Origin: Patellaria atrata CBS 101060
Taxonomy: Eukaryota
Length of the DNA: 64,000 bases
Reading direction: 5' to 3'
NCBI GenBank assembly: GCA_010093705.1
Contig: MU006092.1
Location: forward strand, 1,444,350-1,508,349
Shown here piece by piece: positions 39,585-52,898 of this stretch. Every line of letters begins with the position of its first letter. Position 1 is the stretch's first letter. The notes below the pieces were generated by a model. The model was not told where the DNA came from. It saw nothing but the letters and a program-made list of their open reading frames with translations, and made no database searches. A program made the position numbers and the translations under genes.

Positions 39585-39590
39585 CCTCGG
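39585..39590. promoter_or_regulatory. CCTCGG (FarA/FarB core) in the divergent ACAD/esterase promoter
   Basis: Exact hexamer in a ~380-bp intergenic region. Confidence 0.5.
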
Positions 39591-39847
39591 TATGCGGGTG
39601 TTTAGGGCATTTCGCGGGGAGTCGGTTGTCAAGAACCGCAACCTCGCTCGGACCCTGGAATCCATCCCAAATGGAAAGGGGACAACCTTTAGCCCAAGCA
39701 ACTTCCCTTACTGTACGCAATGACTGGCGGCTTGACGTTAGAGTACATATTTGGAAGCCCCAATGGAGGGGCAAACGCTCTTGACATCGTGTATAGAGCT
39801 GTTGCTCCTCCAAACCAGTATCTATACCCATAAAACCGAGCGCAAGG

Positions 39848-40989
39848 ATGGGTGAGGACATCTTCCATCCCGACTGGCTACAGGTACGCAATAGCTATAT
39901 AGCTATTCAAATATTCGTTGAGGCTATGCTAATGCCATGGACAGTTCGAAAAAGAGATAGGCTACCGCCCTCTTCTCTATCCACCCTTTGTGCGCATCCA
40001 AGAGCAATTCCAGAAATTCGGCGGTATCCTTGTCTCGAAATATGAATTTCCAGCTCCAGACCCATCCGTCAAGACCGCTGACCATACCACCAAATCCGGA
40101 ATCAAGGTCCGCGTCTACACTCCGGAAAACTACAGCAGGAACAAGCCCGTAGGAGTCTACTTCCACGGTGGAGGGTGGGCCATGGGCTCCGTCGATGAGT
40201 ACGAGGCCGAATGCCGCACGATGGCGAAATTAGCGGACGTGGTGCTTGTCTCGGTGGATTACAGGCTTGCACCTGCGAGTAAATGGCCCGGCCCGATTAA
40301 TGATTGCTACGAGGGATATCTATGGGCGGTGGAGCATTCGAAGGAGATTGGGGGTAATGGGAAGTTGTTTACCACGGGTGTATCTGCCGGAGGGCATCTG
40401 GCGCTCAGCATCGCTTTGAAAGTAATCGACGATGGTAAGGGGGATTCTTTGAAAGGCGTCGCGGCCTTCATGCCGGTTACGTGCCATCCGAGTGCTTATC
40501 CTGCGGAATTGAGGGAAAAGTTTGAGGCGAGGGAGAAGTTTGCGGATTTGACGATTGATACCAAGGATGCGATGGATGAGTTCTGGAGTATGTCGAATGG
40601 CCCTGATACGCATTAGATTCATCTTCCTGTTATTGTGGATACTGATTAGTACAGACCTCTTCGGAGCACCCCCTGACCACAAATACGCTTCTAACCTTCT
40701 ACACACCAAGATCGGTTCGCTCCCCAAGGTTTACTTAAATGCAGCAGGCGTCGATACTCTCAGGGACGACGCCAGGGTTTTTAAAGAAATCTTGGATCAA
40801 AAGGGGTAGGAGATTCCATCTTTCTCCCACATTTCTTACCACTAACTTCTTTGTAGTGTTCCAAACAAGTATGATGAGTTCGAAAAAGTCCCACACTTTT
40901 TCTATGCATTCCCGGCTCCTTGCTTGAAGAAACTCAGTGAGGATTACTTTAGCAGAATCACGAAGGGGATTGAGTATGTTATTAGTTGA
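39848..40989 (+). CDS. HSL-family alpha/beta hydrolase (carboxylesterase/possible lactonase), 4 exons
   Basis: YFHGGGW oxyanion motif, GVSAGG nucleophile elbow, GVDTLRDD acid, VPHFF His. Ends IEYVIS*. Confidence 0.9.
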
Positions 40990-41969
40990 AGTGTTTGTCC
41001 ATGAGCGACAGAACTCTTTCAAGACAGGAGATTTTGTGTCGTAGACCTCAAATATGCAATTCAATGTTTATATTTCTATATTTACGAACGACCTATTTTG
41101 TTAGAGGTCACAAGATCAATGAAGCCACCTGCTCTTCAGCTTATCAACAAACGGTTCGTGACTTGTTTTCATAACCCAGTATCAGTGGACTAATGGTACA
41201 TATCTCCCATCACATCTAACAGGCCTAATACGAAAACAGGTCCTGAGGTCGACTCTCCGAGGGGGCACACAGACCCCATATTTCGGGGCCTGAGTTGGGG
41301 CCAATAATGTACCACGCCTTCCTCGGAGGGCATGAGAACTGTGTTACCCTTTTTTTTCTTTTTTCCTTTTTTTGTTGTTGTTGAGGAATAAGGAAGAGCT
41401 GCTAAGGATAACTATGAAGAAACATATCTCTGCGCCTAAATAAAGTGAAAGAACTATACCGACACACCAAATTATTTCTAACGGTCGAAAGGTAATAGAC
41501 AAATGCAGAAACAGATTTACTTCCCATTCCTCCACGTCTCTTGCTCTGACTTTGACTCCCCTAGGAGGACACCGGGGAGGTCGGACTACATTTTGGTTTC
41601 TTTTCTGTAACTCCTTGGGCTAACAAATCTTCAGCAGGTTCTGATATCAAGGGAATACTCGTAAATGAAACAGGAGAAGGGAAGAGGCGGAGAGGGGCGA
41701 CTGTTATTATAGTGATTGATTCGCTTAGTCATCTGCCCGTCTTTGAAGTTTAGCATGAAAGTCACTGGATGTTGGTATGTTTTCATGTTGTGAGTCTCTG
41801 TAGCTGATTGGAGTATGCTATTGATCAGATTTACAATTATTCTTCTTTTTCCTCATACGCTTTAAAACACAATTTTATTCAACGGATATGATGCTCGCAA
41901 GGACAGGTACGTTGTTCTCCGTCCATGTGATATCTGTACAAGAACGTTTATCTACTCTTCACATCTACG

Positions 41970-43204
41970 CTACGGAATAATCTTCGCCCTCCGAAATCTC
42001 TCAAACGCCGTCCACCATGTCTTCTTCGAATCCCATTCTTCTTTCAGATCTCCCCAAACCTCATGCGTCTTCGTCATATCCAGCTGACGATCAAAATCCA
42101 GCATCGTCATGATAAAGTACGGGAATCCACCAAAACTAATATCATTCCCGACCCTACCGGTCTGCAGCCCATACTCCTTCTCTAACTTGTGCCATTCATT
42201 GACATGGTCCCCGACATATTGGATCGGCTGCGGCGCCTGGCCTTCTGGTAGCGGCCCTGTGCCCTTCAGTCCGAAGAACTCACAGATGACGGGCCACTTC
42301 TGGGACCAGGAAGAGGGCTTAGAGTTGTCGCAGGTATTGTAGGCCTGATCACCCGTCTTATCCCCGTGCAAAGAGGCGCAGATGGCGAACTTAGCAATGA
42401 GATCCTGGCCAGAGTCATTGCTGAGATTCTTCCAACTCCTCTGCGTGCCTGGGAACGGACACTCCGCGCCCTTGCCCTCGATGCTAGCGTACAAGGTCAG
42501 ATACAACGCTAGTGCTTGCGCGAGACAGTAGATATTGTTGTTCGGAACAAAGCCAACGATCATGTCTGGCCGAACTTCGGCCCAGGTCCAGGATTTGCCC
42601 TTGGATAGGGACGCCAGCAGGTCGACTTGGTTGTAGTAGAACATTTCAGAGGCATAGGGCTCAGGAATACGGGGAAGGCTCTCTTTGCACGGCAGGTCGT
42701 TGGAGAATGGGAACTTGTCCAGAAGGTGCACGCCATACGCCTTGGTGCCAGTGGGGAGTATGACAAATTCGAGGGAGGAGGAGAGATTCTCGACGGCTCT
42801 GACGGCACGGGAGAGGAGTTCGACGTTGACGGATATCTCAGCGGAGGGCTCGGGTTTCATGATGTAGGCTGACGAAGATATTAGAGGGAAAACTTAGAAA
42901 TATGATTCTAGGTCGATTCCGTACCGAAGAAAAATACGTGAGAAACAGTGTCAATATTTTTCACTTTGCTCTTCATCTCCTCCTCTAGTCCCTTTTGTCC
43001 CTTCTCAGTGAGAAGGTCTAATCCGCTTACAACCTGGAGCTTTTCGCTCTCCGGCCATTGTGCTGCCTCCTTGCTCAGAGGTCTGTTTGTGAGGGCTGTG
43101 ACCTTTGAGAAGCTATCCTGGGATGGGTATCCTTCAAGCAATTGGTTGACAATCGCCCAACCTGTGATCCCACTGGCTCCGTATACCAAGGCGTGATTAC
43201 CCAT
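41970..43204 (-). CDS. PRISE-family atypical SDR, copy 2, 2 exons
   Basis: HALVYGASGITGW, LPTGTKAYG, MFYYNQ, RPDMIVGFVP, RAKIIP. Intron about 42868-42923. Confidence 0.9.
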
Positions 43205-43595
43205 GACTCTAGGGTTAAAAAAAATAGCTCTATAAGGAGAATAGATAAGAAATATTGGACAGAACAATCGAAGAACAGCAGCAATATAGTACCTTTTGAA
43301 CTACTAGACCACCATTGAATATGCTTACCTGCCCCGCCTTCAGAGCATGCTGCGGAACTGGAGGGGCGATATAGTGGAATTTTACAAGCGCACTATTATG
43401 ATTAGCGAATTGAGTCGCCATTCTCGTTGTATGATGGTTGATGGTTGAAGGAGAAAGTAATCCGAAGTCAGTCGGTAGCGTATGGTTCACGTTTCTAACT
43501 TGAAACGGAAAGGTGTAACGACGGGCTAGCTCTTCTCACCCTTGTCGGCAAATGACATGAAGCTTGCGGAGAAGATGCGGCGAGACTGGACACTC

Positions 43596-43601
43596 CCGAG
43601 G
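43596..43601. promoter_or_regulatory. CCGAGG (FarA/FarB core) in the divergent PRISE/APH promoter
   Basis: Exact hexamer, with nearby CGG triplets (gcgga..gcggcg). Confidence 0.5.
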
Positions 43602-43770
43602 CTCTGAAGCTATCGAGCTCTAACTGTTGCCTCTATTTTCAGCAACAATGCTGGAACAGCGTGAAAAAGGATTTTGTAGTCGCTCTGCATTCTTTTTTGT
43701 CAATCGCAATAGATCGCATTACTGTGCCACGACGTCGAACTTTACAAGGCTGTGAAAACTCCCGGTAAAT

Positions 43771-45002
43771 ATGGCAGGTCCTGTTCGACAGCCAATCGAT
43801 CTAAAGGTACTGGAAAGATATATTAACGTAACTGTACCTGAAATCAAAACTCCTTTATCGATCAAGCAGGTATGATTAACGAGCAGAACCTTGTTAGAGC
43901 AATTGTACTGATAGGGGGGTTCAAGTTCGGATTTGGACAATCGAATCCCACTTACCAGCTCACGGACAAAACTGGTAAAAAATATGTTATGCGAAAGAAG
44001 CCCCCGGGGAAACTCCTCTCGAAATCCGCGCATAAAGTAGAACGGGAATACCGAATAATACATGCTCTGGAACAAACTGATGTCCCGGCACCGAAAGCAT
44101 ATTGTCTTTGCACGGACGACAGCGTTGTCGGAACACCGTTCTATATCATGGAGTTTCTTGACGGCCGGATCATCACAGAACCTCATATGCCAGAAGTTTC
44201 ACCAGAAGACCGGAGAGAGATGTGGCATGATGCTGTTCGGACCTTAGCAAGACTACATCGTTTGAACCCGAAATCAATAGGGCTTGAAACGTTCGGAAAG
44301 CCAAGTGGGTTCTATAACCGCCAGATAGCAACATTCACCGTTCTAGGCAAAAATCAAGCTTCCGCAGTTGATTTAGAATCGAAGGAGCCGGTTGGACCAA
44401 TCCCTCACATGACTGAACTTGCAGAATTCTTCAAAGAAATAAGATACCAGCCGGAGGATCGTGCTGTGCCCATTCACGGCGATTATAAAATTGACAATCT
44501 GGTGTTTCATAAGACCGAACCTCGAGTAATCGGTATACTAGAGTAAGATGTCGATCCTAAGTACCCGTTTACCTTTGCTAAGTCAATTTCCAATAGTTGG
44601 GAAATGTCGACGATAGGTCATCCACTTTCTGACGTTTGTAATTTGGTCGCGCCATACACGATATCAAATGCGTTTTCTAAGCCACAAATGCATTGGTATC
44701 CGGAATTCCGCCCTGGAGGTATTCCAGAGGGTTTGCCTTCTCGCGATCAGTGCCTGGAATGGTATAGCGAGGTTGCTGGTTGGGATCCTCGTGCCGAACT
44801 AACCTGGGGAATCGCATTCGCGTTTTGGAGGGACAGTATAATTTTCCAGGGTATCGCCGCCCGGTACGCTGTGAGACAAGCAAGTAGTGTACAAGCGTAT
44901 AAAGTTGGACAAGAGAGGACACCATTTGCAGGGCTGTGCTGGAAACTTGTGCAGGAGGAGAAACAAAAAAGGAAGGGAGATAGAGTAAAAGCAACCTTGT
45001 GA
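43771..45002 (+). CDS. APH/choline-kinase-family phosphotransferase homologous to the ACAD10/11 N-terminal kinase domain (LvaA-like), 3 exons
   Basis: [10 protein letters not shown].., [71 protein letters not shown]. Confidence 0.93.
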
Positions 45003-47264
45003 GATAAAGAACCTTACGAGTAAGAGTTCAATTGGAACTGGATATTTCCGAAATGCTGGCCGATCATCAAGCCCAGAGACTTTATTATCAGACTTACTGT
45101 TACTCAATACGAAACATGAGTTTAGAGACGTTGTGCTGGTAGATTTGTGTATTGCGTTTGGGAGAGCCACGCGTGAAGAATGAGTGAGTTCCGCGATTCC
45201 CGCGCCGGTTTTGCTAGGAATGTGAATTTTATGCATTAATCAGTTATCGTGACCCCGACCATATTTGACTGGTTTTTGAGAAGAAGTAGTAGTCTAGGGA
45301 AACTGCCCTATGTTGTGTCTGGTCGGTTTATGAGTCGGCCGTTTCTGAGCAGGAACTACATGAGCTTTTCTTCGTGATGAATCACTCATGTCGCTTCGAG
45401 AGTAGCCATAATATTGAATGCATCAGAGTTGATGTTTGCTGTCGCACCATAATTGAGTCACGATGGACATACTCCCGCTACTGCTGAAGGCATCAAAACG
45501 ATATCGCGTTGAGCGAAGTTGAACGATGGTGTTCTCGTACTGTTGATGATGAGAAAAAGTTGCCGAAGGAGTCACTGTTGTTCAGAGCTTCATGAACAAG
45601 CTCAGTGACGTCTTTGCTCAATAATGGGAGCCTCGTCATAGGGCTGAAGTGCATTGAAACCCATCTGAGGAGAGATATGCTGTGATACAATACATCAGTA
45701 CAAATTCCAAGGTTTTGCGTCATCTTACATCCCAAAGCGCGTCAAATGGATCGGAAAGCTCAGAACGGTGAACCCAATGAGGCTCAAAGTGTTGGAGGCT
45801 CAAAACAAAGCCTCTCACAGGCCCATCCGTTCTGATTATCAGATGTAGCCGGAGGGGTGACCTGCAACCAAGCTGAGGTAAGTTATGATCGAAGGACAAG
45901 CGAAATGGACGAGAGGACGTGACGTGACGGGAAGGATTATTAAGACGCCGACACGTGATCTGTCTCACTAGTTCAATTTTCGAAACCCCTTCTTCCAGGT
46001 TCAAGTCCCGTCGTACCCACAGCAACAACAAAACATAAACTTTCAATTTTGTATGATGCCGTGATCCGCGCCGCTATAATGATCATCAAAACTTTCGTAC
46101 CGCTTCTTTTGAACATTTACGTTCGAGGCCTGGAAAACGATCAGATGTGATTGAACTGGTTCCCGCCGCCAAGGCGTAAAGGGGTTCATTAATGCTTACC
46201 CTTGTCTTTGACACGATGGTTGTCACAGACCATCAGCCTGTGTTCCACCTCGCGTTTCTGCTATTCTACCGTTTCTGCGTGTGTCGATTTCATTCTCGTT
46301 CTTCCTCTGATCAGTTTTACAAGCGGATTGCGCGCTCAATTGATGTTCTCATCGTTTAATGCGTGTATGAAGAGCGATCGTATTCGAACTTCACGTTCCA
46401 TCATGATAGCTACTTCATACAATTCTTCACTTTCTAACCGTCTCACTGACCGCGTTCAGGGTCAAAATAAGGTTGCCCCCTCTCAATCATTCTTTCACAT
46501 CAGCCCAATAGGAGACCGTAGACCTTGGCGCTTACCTCTTTGCGGAGAAGCTTGTTTCCTGGTCTTCGTGAGATGATACATTCGCTTGCATGTCCAAAGT
46601 CGCTGTAGGCGCGGAGGTTTTGCTTGCTCGAGCCTCATCGTCCTCACCATCCTCTCTCTTTGTTTTGAAAACGCCACCGTTCAGCCAAACTAGAGACGGG
46701 TTTTAAGCGTACCGGCCACGATCCCATGTCCTCCTCAACGCCCAGATCTAGGAACATGTCGCGCCAGCCGGATAAGGTTTGGTTTTCAATCCCCTCAAAC
46801 GTCTCTAGACCTAAAGCGCCTGTCAACCTTGATGACGATCTTGTGTTTGGCATCCGTCTTTGCTGCAGAACCTTGTAGGATGGGGTTTGAAAACAGAAGC
46901 TGCCACAGGTAATCTGCCACTTCAATGTCTATGCTCATCGTCCGGGGCACAGCCGGTCCGGTTCGTCAGCGGAACACATCTTATATCATATACCTTCATC
47001 CTGTTGATGTTTCTTTTCTATCACCACCACTCTGCTCTTGCTCGGTCGTCAACGATCTTTACTCGTAGCCTTTTTCACTTTCTTTCACATACCCACTGGC
47101 TGGGCTACATTCCATTCCTTAATCGCTAGACGACTTCAACTTTTACCATACAATCTTTTAATTTGAACATTCCTTTGACAGGATCTTCGAGCAATTGAAA
47201 TTGAACAAATACCCACAACTTTCATTTTCTAACAGTCCTTTACGGTTTCACATATATCAGAAAA

Positions 47265-48339
47265 ATGATTCAACCTCTACCTTCCCAGAACGCCTCCCCT
47301 GTGAGCGAGTACGACGGTAGTTCTAGTTCAGCAATCAGAGCACGCAAAATGTCTTCCACTGGTGGAAACAGATCTTGGTCTGAAGAAGAGGTATGTACTT
47401 CCTAACCAGAGTCTACAGTGTGTATTCTGATATGTGTTGTAGGAGAACTACCTACTGCAAACCAGAATGCAAAAGATGCCATACAAGCATATTGCTGCAC
47501 ATCTAAAGAAGACCGAACTTGCATGCCGCCTTCACTACCACCAACTGTCTCACGGTAGTCACCGCCGCAAGAGGACTACCTCTGTTTCTTCGTCTGTCTC
47601 TTCTGGATCCGCCAACGCATCTCCTCATATCCCTCAATACCAACTTCCTCACGAACGTGCTGAGTACACTCCCAGCGAATCTTCTCGACATGCCTCTCCC
47701 CTCACCTACAGCCCTCAGGTTCACTATACTGCTACTCACTCTTCCCCAAACCGTGTCCAACATAAAGTCTTGCTCCCAAAGCCCCGCCCCCACACCCCGG
47801 GCGAGTCCCCAGAGCCAATGAACGGTCTCCGTATTAATACCGCTGAAAGTGTCATCAACCCATCTCCCATCGACACCAACCGTCTTCGTGCCATATACGA
47901 GGCTCGCAGAGCCGACTTCTGGTCTTCCATTGCCGCTGAGTATGGTAGCCACGTCTCACCCGCTCAGCTCGAGGATATCTGGCGCCGGGGCAACAATATC
48001 GTCCGTCCCTTGACGCCCGATCACAGCCCTGATGGTAGCATCACCGCTCACCCGGTCCTTAAACCATCTCCGTTCCCCCAGTACTCTTCCTCCGCTGTCG
48101 AGCCATCAACCAAGAGCTTCAGCCCTATCAACCCCATTGTGAGCGCAGTCTCTGTTCCAGACAGGGTGAACTATGTTCTTCCGGCCCCTACTCCAAATCC
48201 TCAATTGTCGAGAACGAGTACCTGGAGCAGCACCTCCAGTGTCCCTGCTACATCGATCTCGGCGCTCTTGACTGAGGATAAGAGCCCCAGACCCGAGTAC
48301 AACCCGGACGTGGTGATGAGGGATGGGTACCACCATTAG
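47265..48339 (+). CDS. Myb/SANT-like DNA-binding protein, 2 exons
   Basis: RSWSEEE|ENYLLQTRMQKMPYKHIAAHLKKTELACRLHYHQL, second motif FWSSIAAEYG..LEDIWR. Intron 47391-47442. About 2.2 kb upstream non-coding region. Confidence 0.82.
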
Positions 48340-49259
48340 GATTTCCTTCCAAAACATGCCGTAAATACTGCACGATGATACGACCTCTATTTCTTTCTCT
48401 TGTTGTCTTCCACTCGATCGCTGGAAATTTTACCTATTTCTACGGAGTTCACACCTAGGGTATCGGAATTCGTTTATGTACCTTGAAGTCGGGCAACATC
48501 CAGCAGCATCAAAATTCTCCATTTTCTTATCTATTGTATCTTTCTCTTAGTTACTTGTCCTCAGCGTTATGACCTCGCCTGTATATTACACAAGCCGTGC
48601 GTGTTTGATGTTCTAAGGTACCCTACAGATATAGTGTGTAGTGTAGTACCCCCAACAATCGCTCAAATAGACCAAATATCAATCAGTTTGCCAACTAAGC
48701 CTCCAATCCCTTGGTGACAAAGTAGCCCACCTAAAACCCAAACACTGATATCGAAGATTTGACGTCTTGGTGCTAGGGGAAATGACAGGCATCCCACCTG
48801 CATCCAACCCCTGTCCTCTGTCCGCCTCGCCAGCGCGCCGGGACCACTCACAGCGCCGTAAGGAACCAGGATATGACGCTCCTATTTCGTGACAAAGGAG
48901 GAAGGCGTTTATGCGAATTGTTGGAATTCGGGCTTCCGGTTTGAGAGCGCAGTTTGGAGTTTCGAGGCCGGTCGATGTACCTTGTAGGAGTGGTTTGGGT
49001 GGATGTTTGAGGGGTGGATAAACCGCTTTGTTAGAGGGGGGTGTTTGTTTGTGTTTGGAGGGGATGCTGATGATGAGAAAGGAGATAGCTGGTAAGGAGG
49101 GGGAAGACAGTGAAGGTGTTGCGTTAGGAATTTCAAATTTCATATTCAGTATTTTCGACGTCAAAAAGGTAATTTTACAGAATGTTTTTTTTTTCATTAT
49201 TCTGTTCATCACTGAGAACTAAGCTGCATTGTCTTCATCATCTATCCCCTTCCCTTTCC

Positions 49260-52200
49260 TTAACCAACAACTCCAGGTAGTTTAACGAAAGCTTCCCAGA
49301 CGTCCTTATCGACATTAACAAGCCACTCATCTCTAAAGATCTGCTCCCCCCCAGCGGCAGCAATTCCAGCCCCCAGCGCCTCTCTCACAGCCGCAATGAC
49401 ATTGACCGTATGCACGTGGTCGGAGTAGATCAGATCCCTCCGTCTCGCATCCTCCGGCGCTTCGGGGCTGGTGGTAGGGTCGGGAAGCTCGGCGGCTGTG
49501 GGGCGGGACCAGACGAGGGAACTATGAGGACATTAGCTCTGGAATTCTTTCCTTTTCTGATTTTTTGAAGTGGAAGGAGAGAATGGGGGGGACATACTCT
49601 ACTGACTTGTCGTCCGCTCCATCTGTCAGTTCAACAATAACATCCGTCCACACCGTACAAAAGTCCTGCAGTCTCCCCATTGCCCATGTCCGGCCGAGCC
49701 CAAACAACCTCGTCAGTGCCAAACACATCAATTTCCTCCTCATAGGATCGGCGACGGCTTCAAAGTGATGAAACCACTCCGCTAGCAACCTCTCCAACGG
49801 GAGTGTAGGGCTCTCATTAGTCCCTTGGACTAAGCTCTCCATAGCGTTCAAGAACGTGCTCGGACTCGCAAGCACAAGTCGCGAGATAACAGAGAAGTAA
49901 TCCGTCTCCACGATCCCGTTGATGGCGTCTGCGACTTTGTCGATGCCGGTATCTCGCAGTTGCCACTCCGCATATGCGCCCATGACGCCCACAATCAGTT
50001 TGTGAATGACGCTGTTGTCTCTATATATCAGCATGTCTTGCGTTAGCAGATTAATAGCCCTTTCCCCGCCAATGGCGTCTGCGGTGCGAATGATTAGCTC
50101 GAGAAGGTTGCAGACGATGCCGTTGGGCTCATTCTTGAGTGTGCCTAAGAGATCACCCAGACGGGTGAGAAGTTGCGAGCGGATGTCTTCGCCAAGAATG
50201 TAGGAAGGGGTGAGGAGGAGATAGGAGTCAGTGATTTCAAGGGCTTGGCGGAGATTTTCATTAGAATATTCAAAAAGTGAGAAGATCCGAGGGAAGATGG
50301 ATATTAAGGCTTGTGAAGGAGGGGTTTCGGTCTGAGCAAGTATGGAATGCCATAAGTCCAGTGCATCCTCTTGAAGATAGACGTTAGTTTCCTATCAAAA
50401 TCGTATTAGCCCCTGTGTGAAGATCAATCCTGGATATCTTGGTAGACTTACTGAGCCTGGTTCTATGGCACTGTGAATGATAGGTAACGCAAGATCATGG
50501 AAACGGCGTGATTCGGATTTCATCGCATTGATAAGACGAGTAAGGATTGTAAGAATAGCCGTCTTCATGAGATGCTGATCCCCAGATTGATCCCATAGCG
50601 ACGGTAAGAGAGACACGATAGCGTCAGCGAAAGGAGTAATCTAAAACTCATCAGTGATGTTCTTTCCAGATGATATTGCGGTAATATATGGATACTCACA
50701 TTGTGCTCCGCTCGCTCAACTATTACACTTATAGTATTGAGGATTGCCATTTTGGTATCAATCAGCTCCACTTCAAGTATCAAGTTCATCAAAGCCTCCA
50801 GGATGGTTTTGGCGAAAGGGGTAAATAGCTGCCATGCAAACTCCCACTCATTGGCGATGTGGGAGAAGTGTCTTCCGGCTGTTACCCGAACAACAAGATC
50901 ATTCAATGGGACATTCTTATCAAGAAGATATTGGAAAATCCGATACACTACCGGCCTGTTTGCTTCTGCGACCTTAATAGGGATCCATTGGCCAAGAAGA
51001 ATTGCGATCCGTCTACGAAGGATGTTGTAGCCCGGTCTTTGAATCTGCACTTCTGGTACTAATGTTGCGGTGATGAATGTATCGAAATCGAGATGCTCGT
51101 GTATCACAGCAGCTGCTAGACCTACCGCAGAGTAGACTGATTCTTTGAGCTGGAGGTTGTTATTTTCCGGTGCTATTTGGAAATACATCAGTAATCTCCG
51201 CATTCATGAACTTCAGTTCGCAAGACAAAGAAAGTATTGGACGACGAGGAGAACCATATGATTACTTGCGATAATCGAAACGAGCAGTAGGACGACAAGG
51301 TATGACGTGAAAACAGAGCGAGTAATAGGAGTATATGCACGCTTACATGCGACAGAGTAGAACACATTCTTTAGTGGTTCCATAATCAACTCTTTATAGT
51401 TTATAGCAACTTCCAGGAATACCTTCTCAGAGCATGCTTTTACCGAGAACTCATACTTTTCCGACTCGCCTTCTTCCTTGACTTCCCATTCCTCTGGCTC
51501 TTCTTGCCATTGAGCCAGATCAACCTGACGGATCACAAAGAATCGAGTCACTATTACTTCCATTATCTCAGTGAGAAATGAGGGTGTGAACAACGAGTCC
51601 TTGATAAATTGAGTGGACTGCTTTTGCTCCTCCTTTTCATTTGCATGTCGGTATTTGAACGTTTGCGCTGGATTGAATATCATTTTGAAACATGCTCGCA
51701 GTATTAATAGGCCTTTTAGACTAAGTCGCGACTCAATTGGGCCTTGAGTCTCGTCAGTATCTCCATCACCTTCAATAATCTTTGAAGTATCAAGGGACTT
51801 TGAGCCAAAACTTTCCCCATATTTAGCGATGAGATTCCAGTAAGCTCGTACAAGATCTAGAGAGTCGGGAAGGAGCACAAAAGAAGCCGGATGGGTCTGA
51901 GCCATAGTAAAATGAAGTTTAGCTAGCTGCATGAGATGCTTCTCCACCAAGTTTTGCACAAGAGGTGATAGAGGAGAATCTGGATGAGATACGAAGCCCA
52001 GGAATTCGCCTAGATGGTTTCTGACATGAGGCCAGAATTCACGAATAGCATCTACACGATGGGGAAATTCGAACCCAGAGATTACGAGACGACGAATCAC
52101 CCTGATCGTGATCAAACTTTGGTCGATATCCTCTAGGGCTCCGCCCTCATCATCTCCTCCTTCGCGGAGGAACGTTTGCCATCTTTGAACTTTCTGGATG

Positions 52201-52898
52201 TAGATTTGGCCTAATATATGAAAGATTTCCGGCGCGATTGCTTGGAGATTCGCCCTTTGACGCTGTAATCGAGCTCGGGAAAGCTCTTTGATTACATGGT
52301 GTAGTATAAGTAGGATTCGTGGTAGATGCAAGTGGTATGCACCACTTTCAATTGATGCACGAAGACGGTTGACCACTTGTTCGATTGCATCCGGCCTGAA
52401 AACTGTCAGTTGCTCCTCCTTAGGTGGGATTCTAACTTACCATGCCGTGGGATAGTCAATTCTGACGACCTTGCCGATGATCAACGCATTTTGGAGAGCA
52501 AGCCGGCGGTCAGCCTCATTCAAACCACTGTCTATCAGCCGCGATCGAATGATATCCTTCTCATCCTTGTTCACAATGGAGCGACTGCCTCTCCAGAACG
52601 TGTCGATCCCGTTCTTTAGTTGAATGATAGCAAGATATCGAACCTCTACGGGAAGATATTTCTCCTGAAATACGGCCTAAGTTCAGTTAAAATCTGTTCA
52701 ACACAGAGATGAACCGTAACTTGTTACCTGAAGGAGAGTATGAAAACCAGATTTGTTTCGCCAATTATCCAGCTGTGTCGTGCCATGCCGGACCTGATCT
52801 GCATTAGTGGACGCTGAAGATCGTAAAATTTGAATTAATATCCCTTCTGTTAGGGGGTTTGCGGCAGCTGGAAGCTCGACAACAGAGTCTGTCTCCAT
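49260..52898 (-). CDS. KAP120: Importin-11 / Kap120 (importin-beta family), multi-exon
   Basis: VELPAAANPLT, RYLAIIQLKNGIDTFWR, KESVYSAVGLAA, ILRRRIAILLGQW, RRKLMCLALTRL, C-terminal WLVNVDKDVWEAFVKLPGVVG*. Confidence 0.88.

Noticed and set aside
242..45002. Classical secondary-metabolite cluster
   Set aside because: No PKS, NRPS, terpene synthase, DMATS, cluster-specific Zn2Cys6 factor or transporter in the window. A core gene outside the window cannot be excluded.
6763..45002. Cryptic PTS1 by stop-codon readthrough in cluster enzymes
   Set aside because: None of the stops checked (ALDH, both PRISEs, SDR-2, AtuA, esterase, APH) has the TGA-CTA context or an SKL-like extension. The APH ending ATL and AtuA ending GRV are too weak to call PTS1.
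51174..51346. Unusually long importin-11 intron as a snoRNA host
   Set aside because: No clear RUGAUGA box C paired with box D and no convincing H/ACA layout by eye. Needs an Infernal/snoscan run.
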